A stretch of DNA of 64,000 nt from Hormoscilla sp. (GCA_051439505.1 JBFRWI010000217.1:14154-78153); one strand, 5' to 3'; positions 20,214-29,623 are shown, counted from the stretch's first letter. Made by a program: numbers and translations. Notes: generated from the sequence alone by a model not told the origin.

Positions 20214-20703
20214 CGAAATTCGCGAACTCGCTCGGGATATTGAAATGGAATTGCAACGCTTGCAGCGTTTGCAGCATTCTATTGAGGAAGTGCAATTTAT
20301 AATTGAGCGAGAACCGGATCGCGCTCACCTCTTTTACGAGAACCTCGCCTTAAAACTGCATAACTTTTACACGGGCTGCGAACGGATTTTTCAGACGATC
20401 GCTTCCGAGTTGAATGGTGCCTTACCGTCGGGTTACGATTGGCACAAGCGGCTGCTGGAGCGGATGAGCGGGGAACGGGAGGGTCGTCCGGCAGTCCTGA
20501 CAACAGAAACCGCACGCCGTCTGCAAGAGTACCTAGGTTTTCGACATGTAGTGCGAAATATCTATGGCTTTGAATTAGATCCACAACGGGTGGCACAGCT
20601 TGTTGCGGGCTATCCCCCAGTATGGCATCAGCTGGAAACTGAAGTGAGAGCATTTATGGATTGGCTGATGGCCTTGGCAGAGCAACTGGAAGCTGGCGGT
20701 TAA
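20194..20703 (+). CDS. HEPN (HepT-like) ribonuclease toxin
   Basis: LHNFYTGCE, WHKRLL and FRHVVRNIY. Overlaps the MNT gene. Confidence 0.85.
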   Translation: MKQMSASEIRELARDIEMELQRLQRLQHSIEEVQFIIEREPDRAHLFYENLALKLHNFYTGCERIFQTIASELNGALPSGYDWHKRLLERMSGEREGRPAVLTTETARRLQEYLGFRHVVRNIYGFELDPQRVAQLVAGYPPVWHQLETEVRAFMDWLMALAEQLEAGG

Positions 20704-20783
20704 AAAGGATTTAATTTTCGTCCCGATCGCGAGTAGAGATTCCGAAAACAGGAGTAGCGGACTAAATTAATGGTGACGAAACT

Positions 20784-21995
20784 GTGGATCTCTCCTCAAA
20801 GCGAAACCCCATCCGGGTCATGCGGATCGTAGCCCGCCTGAATCTAGGCGGTCCCGCTACTCACGTTACCTTACTCAATGAAGGTTTAACTCATCTGGGT
20901 ATGAAGTGCCTGTTAGTAACTGGCATGGAAGGTGCGCGGGAAGGCAGCATGAAAGATATGGTGACAGCGCGTCAGCTATCGATGGAAATCATTCCCGAAC
21001 TGGGACGAGAAATTAACCCGCGCTACGACCTGGTGACTCTGTTCAAACTCTATCGCTTGATGCGGCGCTGGCAGCCGGATATCGTTCATACCCACACGGC
21101 GAAGGCGGGTTTTGTGGGACGAGTGGCGGCGCGTTTGGCAGGGGTGCCACTCGTGCTGCATACCTTTCACGGACATGTTTTTCACGGTTATTTTGGTGCG
21201 GCTAAAACCAGACTGTTTATCGAGTTGGAAAAGTTTTGCGCCCGGATGAGCGATCGCCTCATAACCATCAGCCCCCACCTGCGCGAGGAAATTGCCAGTT
21301 ACGGCATCGCCGATGCTGGCCAGATAGAGGTGATACCTTTAGGTTTTGAACTCCAAGCAATGAAATTACTCCCTCCAAAAGGTAAGTTTCTCCATCAGTT
21401 GGGCTTGAGGTCCGATGAAAAATTAATTGCTGCGGTCGGGCGTCTAGTTCCCATCAAAAATATACATCTTTTTCTGGATGCTGCCGCGATCGCCCATCAA
21501 CAAAATCCGCAAATTCGCTTTGCCCTCATCGGCGATGGCGAACTGCGCCAGGAACTGGAAGCCTACGCCCAGAAATTAGCCATTGAGGATGTCGTCATCT
21601 TTACGGGATGGCGTCGCGACTTGCCGCAAATTTATGCCGACTTAGATGGGGTGGTTATTTCCTCAAATAATGAAGGTACGCCAGCATCTTTAATTGAGGC
21701 AATGGCTGCCGGTTGTCCCGTAATTTCCACCCGCGTTGGCGGCGTCCCGGATATTATTACCGATGGCCAAACAGGTCGGATCGTACCGCCTCAAGATGCT
21801 GAGGCTTTAGCAAAGGCAATGCTGAGTATTTTTCAGTCTCCAGCAGATACGCGGCAGATGGCCGATCGGGCCCGAGAATTTGCTCTGAACAAATTCAATT
21901 CTCAGCGTCTGATTAGCGATATTGACAATCTCTACAACCATTTATTTGTCAATAAAGTAAATCAAAATCGAGTTATCTTGCGAAACATGAATTAG
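20784..21995 (+). CDS. GT4 glycosyltransferase
   Basis: ARLNLGGPA, HTHTAKAG and NEGTPASLIEAMAAG. Confidence 0.9.
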   Translation: MDLSSKRNPIRVMRIVARLNLGGPATHVTLLNEGLTHLGMKCLLVTGMEGAREGSMKDMVTARQLSMEIIPELGREINPRYDLVTLFKLYRLMRRWQPDIVHTHTAKAGFVGRVAARLAGVPLVLHTFHGHVFHGYFGAAKTRLFIELEKFCARMSDRLITISPHLREEIASYGIADAGQIEVIPLGFELQAMKLLPPKGKFLHQLGLRSDEKLIAAVGRLVPIKNIHLFLDAAAIAHQQNPQIRFALIGDGELRQELEAYAQKLAIEDVVIFTGWRRDLPQIYADLDGVVISSNNEGTPASLIEAMAAGCPVISTRVGGVPDIITDGQTGRIVPPQDAEALAKAMLSIFQSPADTRQMADRAREFALNKFNSQRLISDIDNLYNHLFVNKVNQNRVILRNMN

Positions 21996-22038
21996 CAATC
22001 TTGAAGCTCAATATAGATTGTTAAGCATTCAAAAAACC

Positions 22039-23130
22039 ATGAATATATGCTACCTGCTAATTGCTACTTTGGCAATCTCTGCCTTAATAGCAATGGGTGG
22101 GACTTATCTGGCGCGATCGGCTGCTAATAACCTCCACTGGTTGGATAAGCCAAGTCCGCGCAAGTCCCATGCTAAATCGATTCCCTTATTGGGAGGACTT
22201 GCTATCTACGGCTCATTCCTAGCCAGCTTACTCATCTTCTATCGCCCCTGGCTTTTGTCCGAGGGACTTTCTCTGATTATCGGTGCCACATTAATTGCCG
22301 GAGTGGGGTTGTACGATGATTTACAAGGACTCAATCCTTTGCCGAAATTATTAGGACAAATTGTAGCCGCGTTCGCCATCATTCTATCCGGGTTGATGGT
22401 GGATATATCGGGAATTTACTGGCTGGATATTGCCATCACCATGTTTTGGATAGTGGGGATCTGCAATGCCATGAATCTGCTGGATAATATGGATGGAGTT
22501 TCGGCGGGGGTGGCGGCGATCGCCTGTCTGTTTTTCGGGGCGATCGGCCTGCACCAAGGACAAATTGGAGTAGCAATAGTTTCAGCAGCCCTATCAGGCG
22601 CAACCCTGGGATTTTTGCGATTTAACTGGCATCCGGCTACCATATTTATGGGAGACGCGGGCAGTCTGCTATTGGGTTTTATCCTGGCAGCATTGGGGCT
22701 AATGGTTGGCTTTCCAACTAACCTCGAACATAGCGCTATAATGCCCATCTTCATTCTCGCTATCCCCATCTTCGACACCACCCTGGTAACCATTTCCCGT
22801 CTGCGTCGAGGACTGCGAATTACTGATGGAGGCAAAGATCACACCTCCCATCGCCTAGTCAAGTTGGGGCTTTCCATCCGTAAGACGGCGGCGACAATTT
22901 ACCTGGCAGCCCTCCTTTGTGGGGCAGGATCCTTACTCGCTACATTGCTGCCCTTTGCCGGGATAAAATATGCGATCGGGGCGATAATTACTTTATCTGC
23001 GATCCTCGGTCTGTTCCTCTTAGAAAAGGTTGACCTTTCTAACACCGGACAAACAGGTTGTGGAACAGCATCCATCGCCCACCACAGACAAGCCGTAGGG
23101 TGGGCACCGCCCACCACAGACAATATTTAG
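22039..23130 (+). CDS. wecA: MraY/WecA-family undecaprenyl-phosphate HexNAc-1-P transferase
   Basis: GLYDD, NAMNLLDNMDG, FMGDAGS and DHTSHRL. Confidence 0.85.
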   Translation: MNICYLLIATLAISALIAMGGTYLARSAANNLHWLDKPSPRKSHAKSIPLLGGLAIYGSFLASLLIFYRPWLLSEGLSLIIGATLIAGVGLYDDLQGLNPLPKLLGQIVAAFAIILSGLMVDISGIYWLDIAITMFWIVGICNAMNLLDNMDGVSAGVAAIACLFFGAIGLHQGQIGVAIVSAALSGATLGFLRFNWHPATIFMGDAGSLLLGFILAALGLMVGFPTNLEHSAIMPIFILAIPIFDTTLVTISRLRRGLRITDGGKDHTSHRLVKLGLSIRKTAATIYLAALLCGAGSLLATLLPFAGIKYAIGAIITLSAILGLFLLEKVDLSNTGQTGCGTASIAHHRQAVGWAPPTTDNI

Positions 23131-23181
23131 CAAGCACAATTTGGGCGCATCTGCCCTATCTACCAAAGAGAGATAATTCCC

Positions 23182-24465
23182 ATGACAGAAAAAAATGCAG
23201 TCATTGGACTAGGTTATGTGGGTCTCCCCTTAGCATTAGCCCTTGCGAAAAAGTTTCCCGATACAATTGGCTTTGACATCAATACTCGCAAGGTAGAAGC
23301 GCTGCAACAGGCTATTGATACTACGGGGGAAGTTACAACTGCAGACTTAAAAACCTCAACCCTGAAAATTACCAGCGACCCCAGATACCTCAAATCAGCC
23401 AACTTTTTTATTGTCGCTGTCCCCACCCCGATCGACTCCCATCATTCTCCGAATCTTCAGCCACTCCTTTCTGCTTCCCAGATCGTCGGTGAAGTTCTTC
23501 AACCTGGTTCTGTGGTAGTCTATGAATCTACCGTATATCCGGGTGTCACCGAGGAAATATGCGGTCCCATCTTAGCGGAAAGATCGGGTTTACAGCAGTC
23601 TAGAGATTTCAAATTAGGCTATTCACCAGAACGGATAAATCCCGGGGATAAAGAACATACCCTGGAAAAAATAGTCAAAGTTGTCTCCGCAGAAGATCCA
23701 GAAACCACCGATCGGGTTGCCAATGTCTACGCCGCTATTATTGACGCGGGGATCTACTGCGCCCCCTCCATTCAAGTGGCGGAAGCTGCTAAAGTAATCG
23801 AAAATATTCAGCGGGATTTGAATATTGCCCTAATGAATGAACTGGCTTTGATTTTCGATCGCCTCAACATCCGGACTGCCGATGTCTTAGCCGCCGCGCG
23901 CACCAAGTGGAATTTCTTGCCCTTTCAACCGGGACTGGTGGGCGGTCATTGCATAGGCGTTGACCCCTATTATCTCACGGCTAAGGCAGAGGAAATTGGT
24001 TATAATCCCCAAGTGATTCTGGCAGGACGCCATATTAATGACGGCATGGGGGCTTTTTTGGGCGATCGGCTGATCAAGCTGATAACTACCCATAGAGATG
24101 TTTCCATTAAAAAAGCCCGGGTAGGAATTTTGGGTATCGCATTTAAGGAAAATGTTCCAGATACCCGTAACAGCCGCGTGCCGGATATTGTCAAGGCCCT
24201 GCAAGAGTTCGGCATTACCCCCTTAGTTCACGACCCCTTGGCTAATGCCGAAGAAGTCAAGCATCAATATGGAATAGTGTTAACTAATTGGCAGCAATTC
24301 TGTGATTTAGATGCTATGGTATTGGCTGTGAAGCATCGCCACTATCTAGAAATGCCACCTGAAAATTTGCTCAGATGTCTGCATCCCGAGGGTATTTTCA
24401 TGGATGTAAAATCTGCCTTTAACCCGGATACCATTCCTCCTGAAATCACTTACTGGAGTCTTTAG
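23182..24465 (+). CDS. UDP-N-acetylhexosamine 6-dehydrogenase (WbpO/TviB type)
   Basis: GLGYVG, ESTVYPG, YSPERINPGD and GGHCIGVDP. Confidence 0.9.
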   Translation: MTEKNAVIGLGYVGLPLALALAKKFPDTIGFDINTRKVEALQQAIDTTGEVTTADLKTSTLKITSDPRYLKSANFFIVAVPTPIDSHHSPNLQPLLSASQIVGEVLQPGSVVVYESTVYPGVTEEICGPILAERSGLQQSRDFKLGYSPERINPGDKEHTLEKIVKVVSAEDPETTDRVANVYAAIIDAGIYCAPSIQVAEAAKVIENIQRDLNIALMNELALIFDRLNIRTADVLAAARTKWNFLPFQPGLVGGHCIGVDPYYLTAKAEEIGYNPQVILAGRHINDGMGAFLGDRLIKLITTHRDVSIKKARVGILGIAFKENVPDTRNSRVPDIVKALQEFGITPLVHDPLANAEEVKHQYGIVLTNWQQFCDLDAMVLAVKHRHYLEMPPENLLRCLHPEGIFMDVKSAFNPDTIPPEITYWSL

Positions 24466-24470
24466 CTTTC

Positions 24471-24706
24471 GTAGGGTGGGCACCGCCCACCAGCATTTCG
24501 TAGGCACCGCCCACCACGGAAGCGCTAAAGCGCTTACTACGAACTGTAGGGTGGGCACCGCCCACCACGGAAGCGCTAAAGCGCTTACTACGAACTATCA
24601 AGTATAATATAGGTGGTGGGCATTGCCCACCCTACAGTTCATGTTAAATTGGGCAATGCCTACAGCTTTCAGGTATAATATAGGTGGTGGGCAATGCCCA
24701 CCCTAC
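24471..24706. repeat. Mosaic REP cluster (BIME-like)
   Basis: GTAGGGTGGGCACCGCCCACC at 24471 and 24546; inverted copies at 24615 and 24686; a second family AGCGCTAAAGCGCTTACTAC at 24521 and 24572. Confidence 0.85.
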
Positions 24707-24731
24707 AGTTCATGTTAAAGTTAGAGCGAGA

Positions 24732-25736
24732 ATGGGAAGTATATTAGTCACTGGAGCCGCTGGTTTTATTGGTTTCCACCTCTGTCAACATCTCCTGACC
24801 AGGGGGGAATCTGTTATTGGCATTGATAATCTCAACGACTATTACGACGTTAGCTTAAAACAGGATCGGTTAAAACAGCTGCAACAACACCAGCAGTTTC
24901 AGTTCGCTAAGCTGGATCTAGCCGATCGCCAGGCCATCCCGGAATTGTTCGATCGCCATCAACCAGAGAAAGTGGCTCATTTAGGAGCCCAAGCAGGGGT
25001 GCGCTATTCTCTGCAAAATCCCCACCTTTATGTAGATAGCAACTTGGTAGGATTTACGAATATTCTGGAAGGATGTCGTCATGGGGGAGTCAAGCATCTG
25101 GTATTTGCTTCCTCTAGTTCTGTTTATGGCGCGAATAGCAAAACACCTTTTTCCGTCCGCGATAATGTCGATCGCCCGCTGAGTCTGTATGCAGCAACGA
25201 AAAAGGCCAACGAACTGATGGCCCACACCTACAGCCATCTCTATAATATACCGACCACGGGTTTGCGTTTCTTCACGGTTTACGGACCTTGGGGACGCCC
25301 GGACATGGCCTTATTTTTGTTCACCAAAGCCATTCTCGCTGGAGAACCCATTAACGTGTTTAACCAGGGCAAGATGCAACGGGACTTTACCTACATTGAT
25401 GATATCATTACGGGAGTAGTGCGCGTACTAGACAAGATTCCCGAACCGGATCCTAACTGGACTGACTCGGACCCGGGAAGCAGTCACGCCCCTTATAAAC
25501 TGTACAATATTGGCAACAATCAGCCCGTGGAATTGCTCAGGTTTATTGAAGTCCTAGAAGCATGTCTGGGGATGAAGGCGCAGAAGAATATGCTGCCGAT
25601 GCAGCCTGGAGATGTTCCCATCACTTACGCGGATATCGAGGATTTGGAAAAGGCCGTGGGTTTTCGACCCAGCACTCCCATTGAGGTAGGAGTTGAGCGT
25701 TTTGTTGCTTGGTATCGCGACTATTTCCAAGTTTAA
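24732..25736 (+). CDS. NAD-dependent epimerase (UDP-glucuronate 4-epimerase type)
   Basis: TGAAGFIG, AQAGVRYS, YAATKK and GRPDMA. The upstream ORF extension is REP sequence. Confidence 0.92.
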   Translation: MGSILVTGAAGFIGFHLCQHLLTRGESVIGIDNLNDYYDVSLKQDRLKQLQQHQQFQFAKLDLADRQAIPELFDRHQPEKVAHLGAQAGVRYSLQNPHLYVDSNLVGFTNILEGCRHGGVKHLVFASSSSVYGANSKTPFSVRDNVDRPLSLYAATKKANELMAHTYSHLYNIPTTGLRFFTVYGPWGRPDMALFLFTKAILAGEPINVFNQGKMQRDFTYIDDIITGVVRVLDKIPEPDPNWTDSDPGSSHAPYKLYNIGNNQPVELLRFIEVLEACLGMKAQKNMLPMQPGDVPITYADIEDLEKAVGFRPSTPIEVGVERFVAWYRDYFQV

Positions 25737-25766
25737 GTGCGTGACACAGATTTCCTCACTTCGCTG

Positions 25767-25801
25767 GTAGCCCGCCGTGGGTTTGAACCCACGGCGGGCT
25801 A
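25767..25801. terminator. 16-bp hairpin (GTAG-REP type) at the end of the cluster, possible terminator
   Basis: TAGCCCGCCGTGGGTT-TG-AACCCACGGCGGGCTA between convergent genes. A related hairpin lies at about 41897. Confidence 0.55.
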
Positions 25802-25866
25802 GGAGGCTAATCGACCAATATAATAATGCTTAAAAATAGAATAAAACATATTTATATATCGCGCAA

Positions 25867-26481
25867 CTATTCTCCAGTTAAAATAGCAACCAATATGCGC
25901 ATCAACTCTTCCAAGTCTGCGGGAACGCGATATAAGTTAAAGTCTTGAGTAATTTGCTTTTCCAGACGTGACAGCACCGAAAACTGCCAAATTTTTCCAA
26001 TGGAAACTGCTCCATACAACTGATTTTCCCCTGCTTCTGCCATGGCGCGATCGACTGCAATTAATTCCACTGCCAACTGCTTAAAGCCCCGTTCTATGTT
26101 TTCATCTTTGGCTTCAATTACCAATAAATTATTTCCGGATTGCAAAAAGTAATCCAGAGAACCTTTCAGTTGCGGTTCGACTTCCAGGGGATAGGAAACT
26201 TTTAGTTTCGCTTCTGTATAATCTATCAAGTCCATTAATACAGGCGCAATCAAAAACTCCCGTCTCGCCATCTCGTTATCGATCGCGATATAAGGAAGGC
26301 TTCTTCTCAGTCGCCGATCCAGAGATGACAAACCTTCAAGTTGTTGTTGAGATTGCGGCAAAACTAGCTCTTTCGAGGCAAATCCATAACCGAAATATTC
26401 TAAGATATCCTCTGGATAGTAGTTACATTGGAAATAATCGGAAAAATTACATGATTCGGGAAGTTCTATCTTTTTCCTCAT
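25867..26481 (-). CDS. PD-(D/E)xK nuclease-fold hypothetical protein
   Basis: E...GSLDY...VIEAK...KQ pattern typical of restriction-endonuclease-like cyanobacterial proteins. Confidence 0.6.
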   Translation of the reverse strand: MRKKIELPESCNFSDYFQCNYYPEDILEYFGYGFASKELVLPQSQQQLEGLSSLDRRLRRSLPYIAIDNEMARREFLIAPVLMDLIDYTEAKLKVSYPLEVEPQLKGSLDYFLQSGNNLLVIEAKDENIERGFKQLAVELIAVDRAMAEAGENQLYGAVSIGKIWQFSVLSRLEKQITQDFNLYRVPADLEELMRILVAILTGE

Positions 26482-26497
26482 GGTCCCACCTCACTAC

Positions 26498-27406
26498 TTA
26501 GTTGAAGAGAATGAAAATACCGGCGATCGCCACCATAACTCCTGCCAAAGCTCTCTTGCTCACTCTCTCGCCCATGCAGATGACAATGGGCAATACGAAA
26601 AGAGGGCTAGTTGCCAGCAGTGCTTGGGCAATGCCTGCTGCTGTATACTTAAACGCGGTTTGTTGCAACCAAATGCCGAGAAATGTACCGGCAAAAGCTG
26701 TTAAAATGATAATCCCTATTAACCGCTTGTCACTGAGGAATTTTAGCCAGTCTTTACCCTGGCGTTGACTGGGCAATATCAGCAAAATTACTATGGTTCC
26801 AGCTAAGAGCCGAAATAAGGTACTCCACAAGGGACTAATATCACTCTGAGATAAGGCCGATCGCGATAGCACCGCTCCACTAGCCTGTCCCAAAGCTGCT
26901 AACAAAGCAAAAATCGTGCCCCGTAGAGGATGTTGGCGCTGTTTTCCCGTTACCTCGGGGACTCTTTCACTTATTACCCAGCTGACGCCAACAACAGTTA
27001 TAAAAATACCCGACCAGTTGCCAATTGATAACTGTTCTTGGAGGAAAATTAAGGCAAAAACTGCTGTTAGAGGGGGCGCTAACGCTTCAATTAGCAGCGC
27101 CCGTCTGGCTCCCAAATGATTTAATGCTTCAAAGAAAAAGCTGTCTCCTAAACCAATGCCCACCACGCCACTGAGCGTCAACAACCCGATCGCCCTCGGG
27201 GTTGCTGATGGCGCGAAGTCTCCTTGCAGGATCAGGGCGAACAGAATGAAGGCGATCCCGATCGCCCCTTTGCTGAGATTGAGTAATAGCGGTGGGATAG
27301 AGCGACCCAGATAAGTATAGACTACAGAAGCAGTGGCCCATAAACAAGCCCCGCTGAGTGCCGCCAGTTCCCCTCGATAATTCTCGATCCAGAAATCAAA
27401 TAACAT
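26498..27406 (-). CDS. DMT/EamA family transporter
   Basis: Two repeats of five TM segments, with GELAAL and GIGLGDSFFF. Confidence 0.88.
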   Translation of the reverse strand: MLFDFWIENYRGELAALSGACLWATASVVYTYLGRSIPPLLLNLSKGAIGIAFILFALILQGDFAPSATPRAIGLLTLSGVVGIGLGDSFFFEALNHLGARRALLIEALAPPLTAVFALIFLQEQLSIGNWSGIFITVVGVSWVISERVPEVTGKQRQHPLRGTIFALLAALGQASGAVLSRSALSQSDISPLWSTLFRLLAGTIVILLILPSQRQGKDWLKFLSDKRLIGIIILTAFAGTFLGIWLQQTAFKYTAAGIAQALLATSPLFVLPIVICMGERVSKRALAGVMVAIAGIFILFN

Positions 27407-27410
27407 CTGT

Positions 27411-27447
27411 TGTCAATTGTGAATTGTCAATTGTGAATTGTCAATTG
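27411..27447. repeat. Heptamer STRR (TGTCAAT/TGTGAAT)
   Basis: Tandem 7-mers. Similar tracts occur at about 2667, 15691, 42635 and 46571. Confidence 0.75.
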
Positions 27448-27615
27448 ATTATAGATAAATATTAATCTTAACTATCAACTAAGAAAATTTATCGGGTCTG
27501 CAATGACTCCCATCCGGCTATTGGCTATTTAACCGGTTCTGAAGGGTAAGTCTGACCGGTGGTGACGATCGCTCCCGGTTACAGGGTGACAGGGAGTCTG
27601 GGAGTCGTCTCGGTC

Positions 27616-27678
27616 GTAACATTGTGTTATATATCTTAACAATACTTAATGTCGCAAGGGTAAACGTTCGGTTATATT
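27616..27678 (+). promoter_or_regulatory. HLR1-like (RpaB) direct repeats with a -10 element
   Basis: GTAACATT-gt-GTTATATA-tc-TTAACAAT. Each octamer is 7/8 to KTTACAWW, in 10-bp phase. TATATT lies at 27673. Confidence 0.5.
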
Positions 27679-27757
27679 TAGTAGTTGAGAAAGAACGAGA
27701 AAATTTTTCCTCGGTGCGATCGCCCCTTGTGGCGCGATCGCCCCTTCATTCTTCAGA

Positions 27758-29266
27758 CTACATACCAATATCCTTGACTAAAGCAGCTGTCTGCTGTAGG
27801 GTAACCAGGCTATTAGCGCAGAAAATGCCGGATGCGGCCACAGCGGGGACGCCAATGCCGGGCATGGTGCTGTCCCCGACGCGGTATAACCCAGCGATCG
27901 GCGTTCGCGGTCCGGGAAACATGCCTTGACCGGCGGCGATCGCGGGGCCGTAAGTCCCCCGATCGCGCCGCAAATAATGGGCGTGGGTTAAGGGGGTGCC
28001 GATCAGCTGCAAAACAATTCGTTGCCGCAAGTCGGGAATTATTCTCTCTAAGGCCCGGAATAAAGGTTGCGATCGCGCTTCTTTCTTCTGGCCATAAGTG
28101 CCATCGCGTTCCCATCCGGCAAAGGGTTCCAAGGTATAGGCATGAATGACGTGATGTCCTGCTGGTGCCAGAGTTGGATCCCAGACAGAAGGAATAGAAA
28201 TCATGCAGGTATTCCCCGGCGTGGCGATATCGACATCGGATGAATGCACGACAACATGATGTCCTGTCAGATTTTCCAGTCCATCCGCTTTAATGCCCAA
28301 ATGTAAATGCATGAAACTCTCAACTGCGGGAGTTGCTAATGCCTGACGGCGGTATGAGGGGGGTAAATCTTCCGGTTGCAGCAGTTTGCTATAGGTATCC
28401 CAAATTGTCGCATTGGAAATTACGATGGGGGCGGAAATAATTTCTCCTTTCCGCAAGCGCACCCCCGCGACTTTACCATTTTCGATCAGAATTTGCTCCA
28501 CGTGGGCCCCCAAACGCAACTGTCCCGACCAGCGTTTTAACCCTCGCACTAAAGCATCGACGATCGCGCCACTGCCACCTACAGGATAATCGATAATGGA
28601 ATTACTCCGTTCTCCCAACATGAATGCTACTTCCGGGGCGATCGTACCTGCTGCTTTCAAGCCTGAAAGTAAGAAACATTCTAGATCGATTAGCCGCCGC
28701 ACCCAGCGATCGCGTACCGTGCGGTCCATTATCTGGCCCACGGAACTATTAATTATCCCCAACTGGGGCAGCAATTGCCAGAGAGAAGGCAAATAGCGCC
28801 CCAGCAACAGGGGAATCACATTTAAATCTGCCCGGAGGGCGATGGTGGGAATGCCCCGCAGGGCCTGATAAAGTTTCAGCAACCGGCGTTCAAATTGCTC
28901 TAGTTCTTTTGCCCCTTGGGGGGTAATTTGGGCAACAGCCGATCGGTAACGTTGGCCATTGCCGTAAACTGGAAAAGTGCCCTCGGGAAAATGATAATGT
29001 CCCAGGGGATCGTAGGCCACTGCTGGCACTGATTCTTCCAGGACATCCAGCACTTGTCGCAAGGGATTGAGAGAATGGCGATCGCTCAAACCGCAGTAAA
29101 AGGAAGGACCGGAATCAAATTGAAATCCTTGGCGGGAGAAGCTGTGGGCCGCACCCCCAGCAATACCGTGACTTTCGCATACTAGGACATCTTTACCGTA
29201 GCGGGCCAGGAGGCTTGCTGCCACTAACCCCCCAATGCCGCTACCAATGACGATCGCGTCTGGCAT
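27758..29266 (-). CDS. FAD-dependent oxidoreductase of the phytoene desaturase/carotenoid isomerase (CrtH/CRTISO-like) family
   Basis: GSGIGG, FDSGPSFY and GDSTMPGIGVPAVAASG. Confidence 0.85.
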   Translation of the reverse strand: MPDAIVIGSGIGGLVAASLLARYGKDVLVCESHGIAGGAAHSFSRQGFQFDSGPSFYCGLSDRHSLNPLRQVLDVLEESVPAVAYDPLGHYHFPEGTFPVYGNGQRYRSAVAQITPQGAKELEQFERRLLKLYQALRGIPTIALRADLNVIPLLLGRYLPSLWQLLPQLGIINSSVGQIMDRTVRDRWVRRLIDLECFLLSGLKAAGTIAPEVAFMLGERSNSIIDYPVGGSGAIVDALVRGLKRWSGQLRLGAHVEQILIENGKVAGVRLRKGEIISAPIVISNATIWDTYSKLLQPEDLPPSYRRQALATPAVESFMHLHLGIKADGLENLTGHHVVVHSSDVDIATPGNTCMISIPSVWDPTLAPAGHHVIHAYTLEPFAGWERDGTYGQKKEARSQPLFRALERIIPDLRQRIVLQLIGTPLTHAHYLRRDRGTYGPAIAAGQGMFPGPRTPIAGLYRVGDSTMPGIGVPAVAASGIFCANSLVTLQQTAALVKDIGM

Positions 29267-29334
29267 AGTTCTTTATTCATCTACATCAGAGATAATATAA
29301 CATTCCCAAGGAGCGATCGCCAAGGATGACGATC

Positions 29335-29564
29335 AATACTTCTCGGTTAATGATATAGGTTGTCATTGCGAGGGGGGGGGACGTAGCGACTAACTTAATA
29401 CTCAATTGAGTTAACCCCCCCGAAGCAATCCCCTCGTCCCATATGAGATGAAGAATGTTTTGGCGTCGTCGGTGAGATTGCTTCGGGGGGATCGGTGGCG
29501 AGCAGCGGAACAATGTTGGTTTGGTAACCCCCTCGCAATGACAGTTTATTAACCGAGAATTATT
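29335..29564. mobile_element. 230-bp MITE
   Basis: 17-bp TIRs (AATACTTCTCGGTTAAT / ATTAACCGAGAATTATT, 16/17) and flanking direct repeats AGGATGACGATC / AGGACGACGATC, with nested internal palindromes. Confidence 0.8.
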
Positions 29565-29623
29565 AGGACGACGATCGCGAGCGTTCCTTGACCCTGCCCT
29601 TATTTTACTCCTTTGACTGAGTT

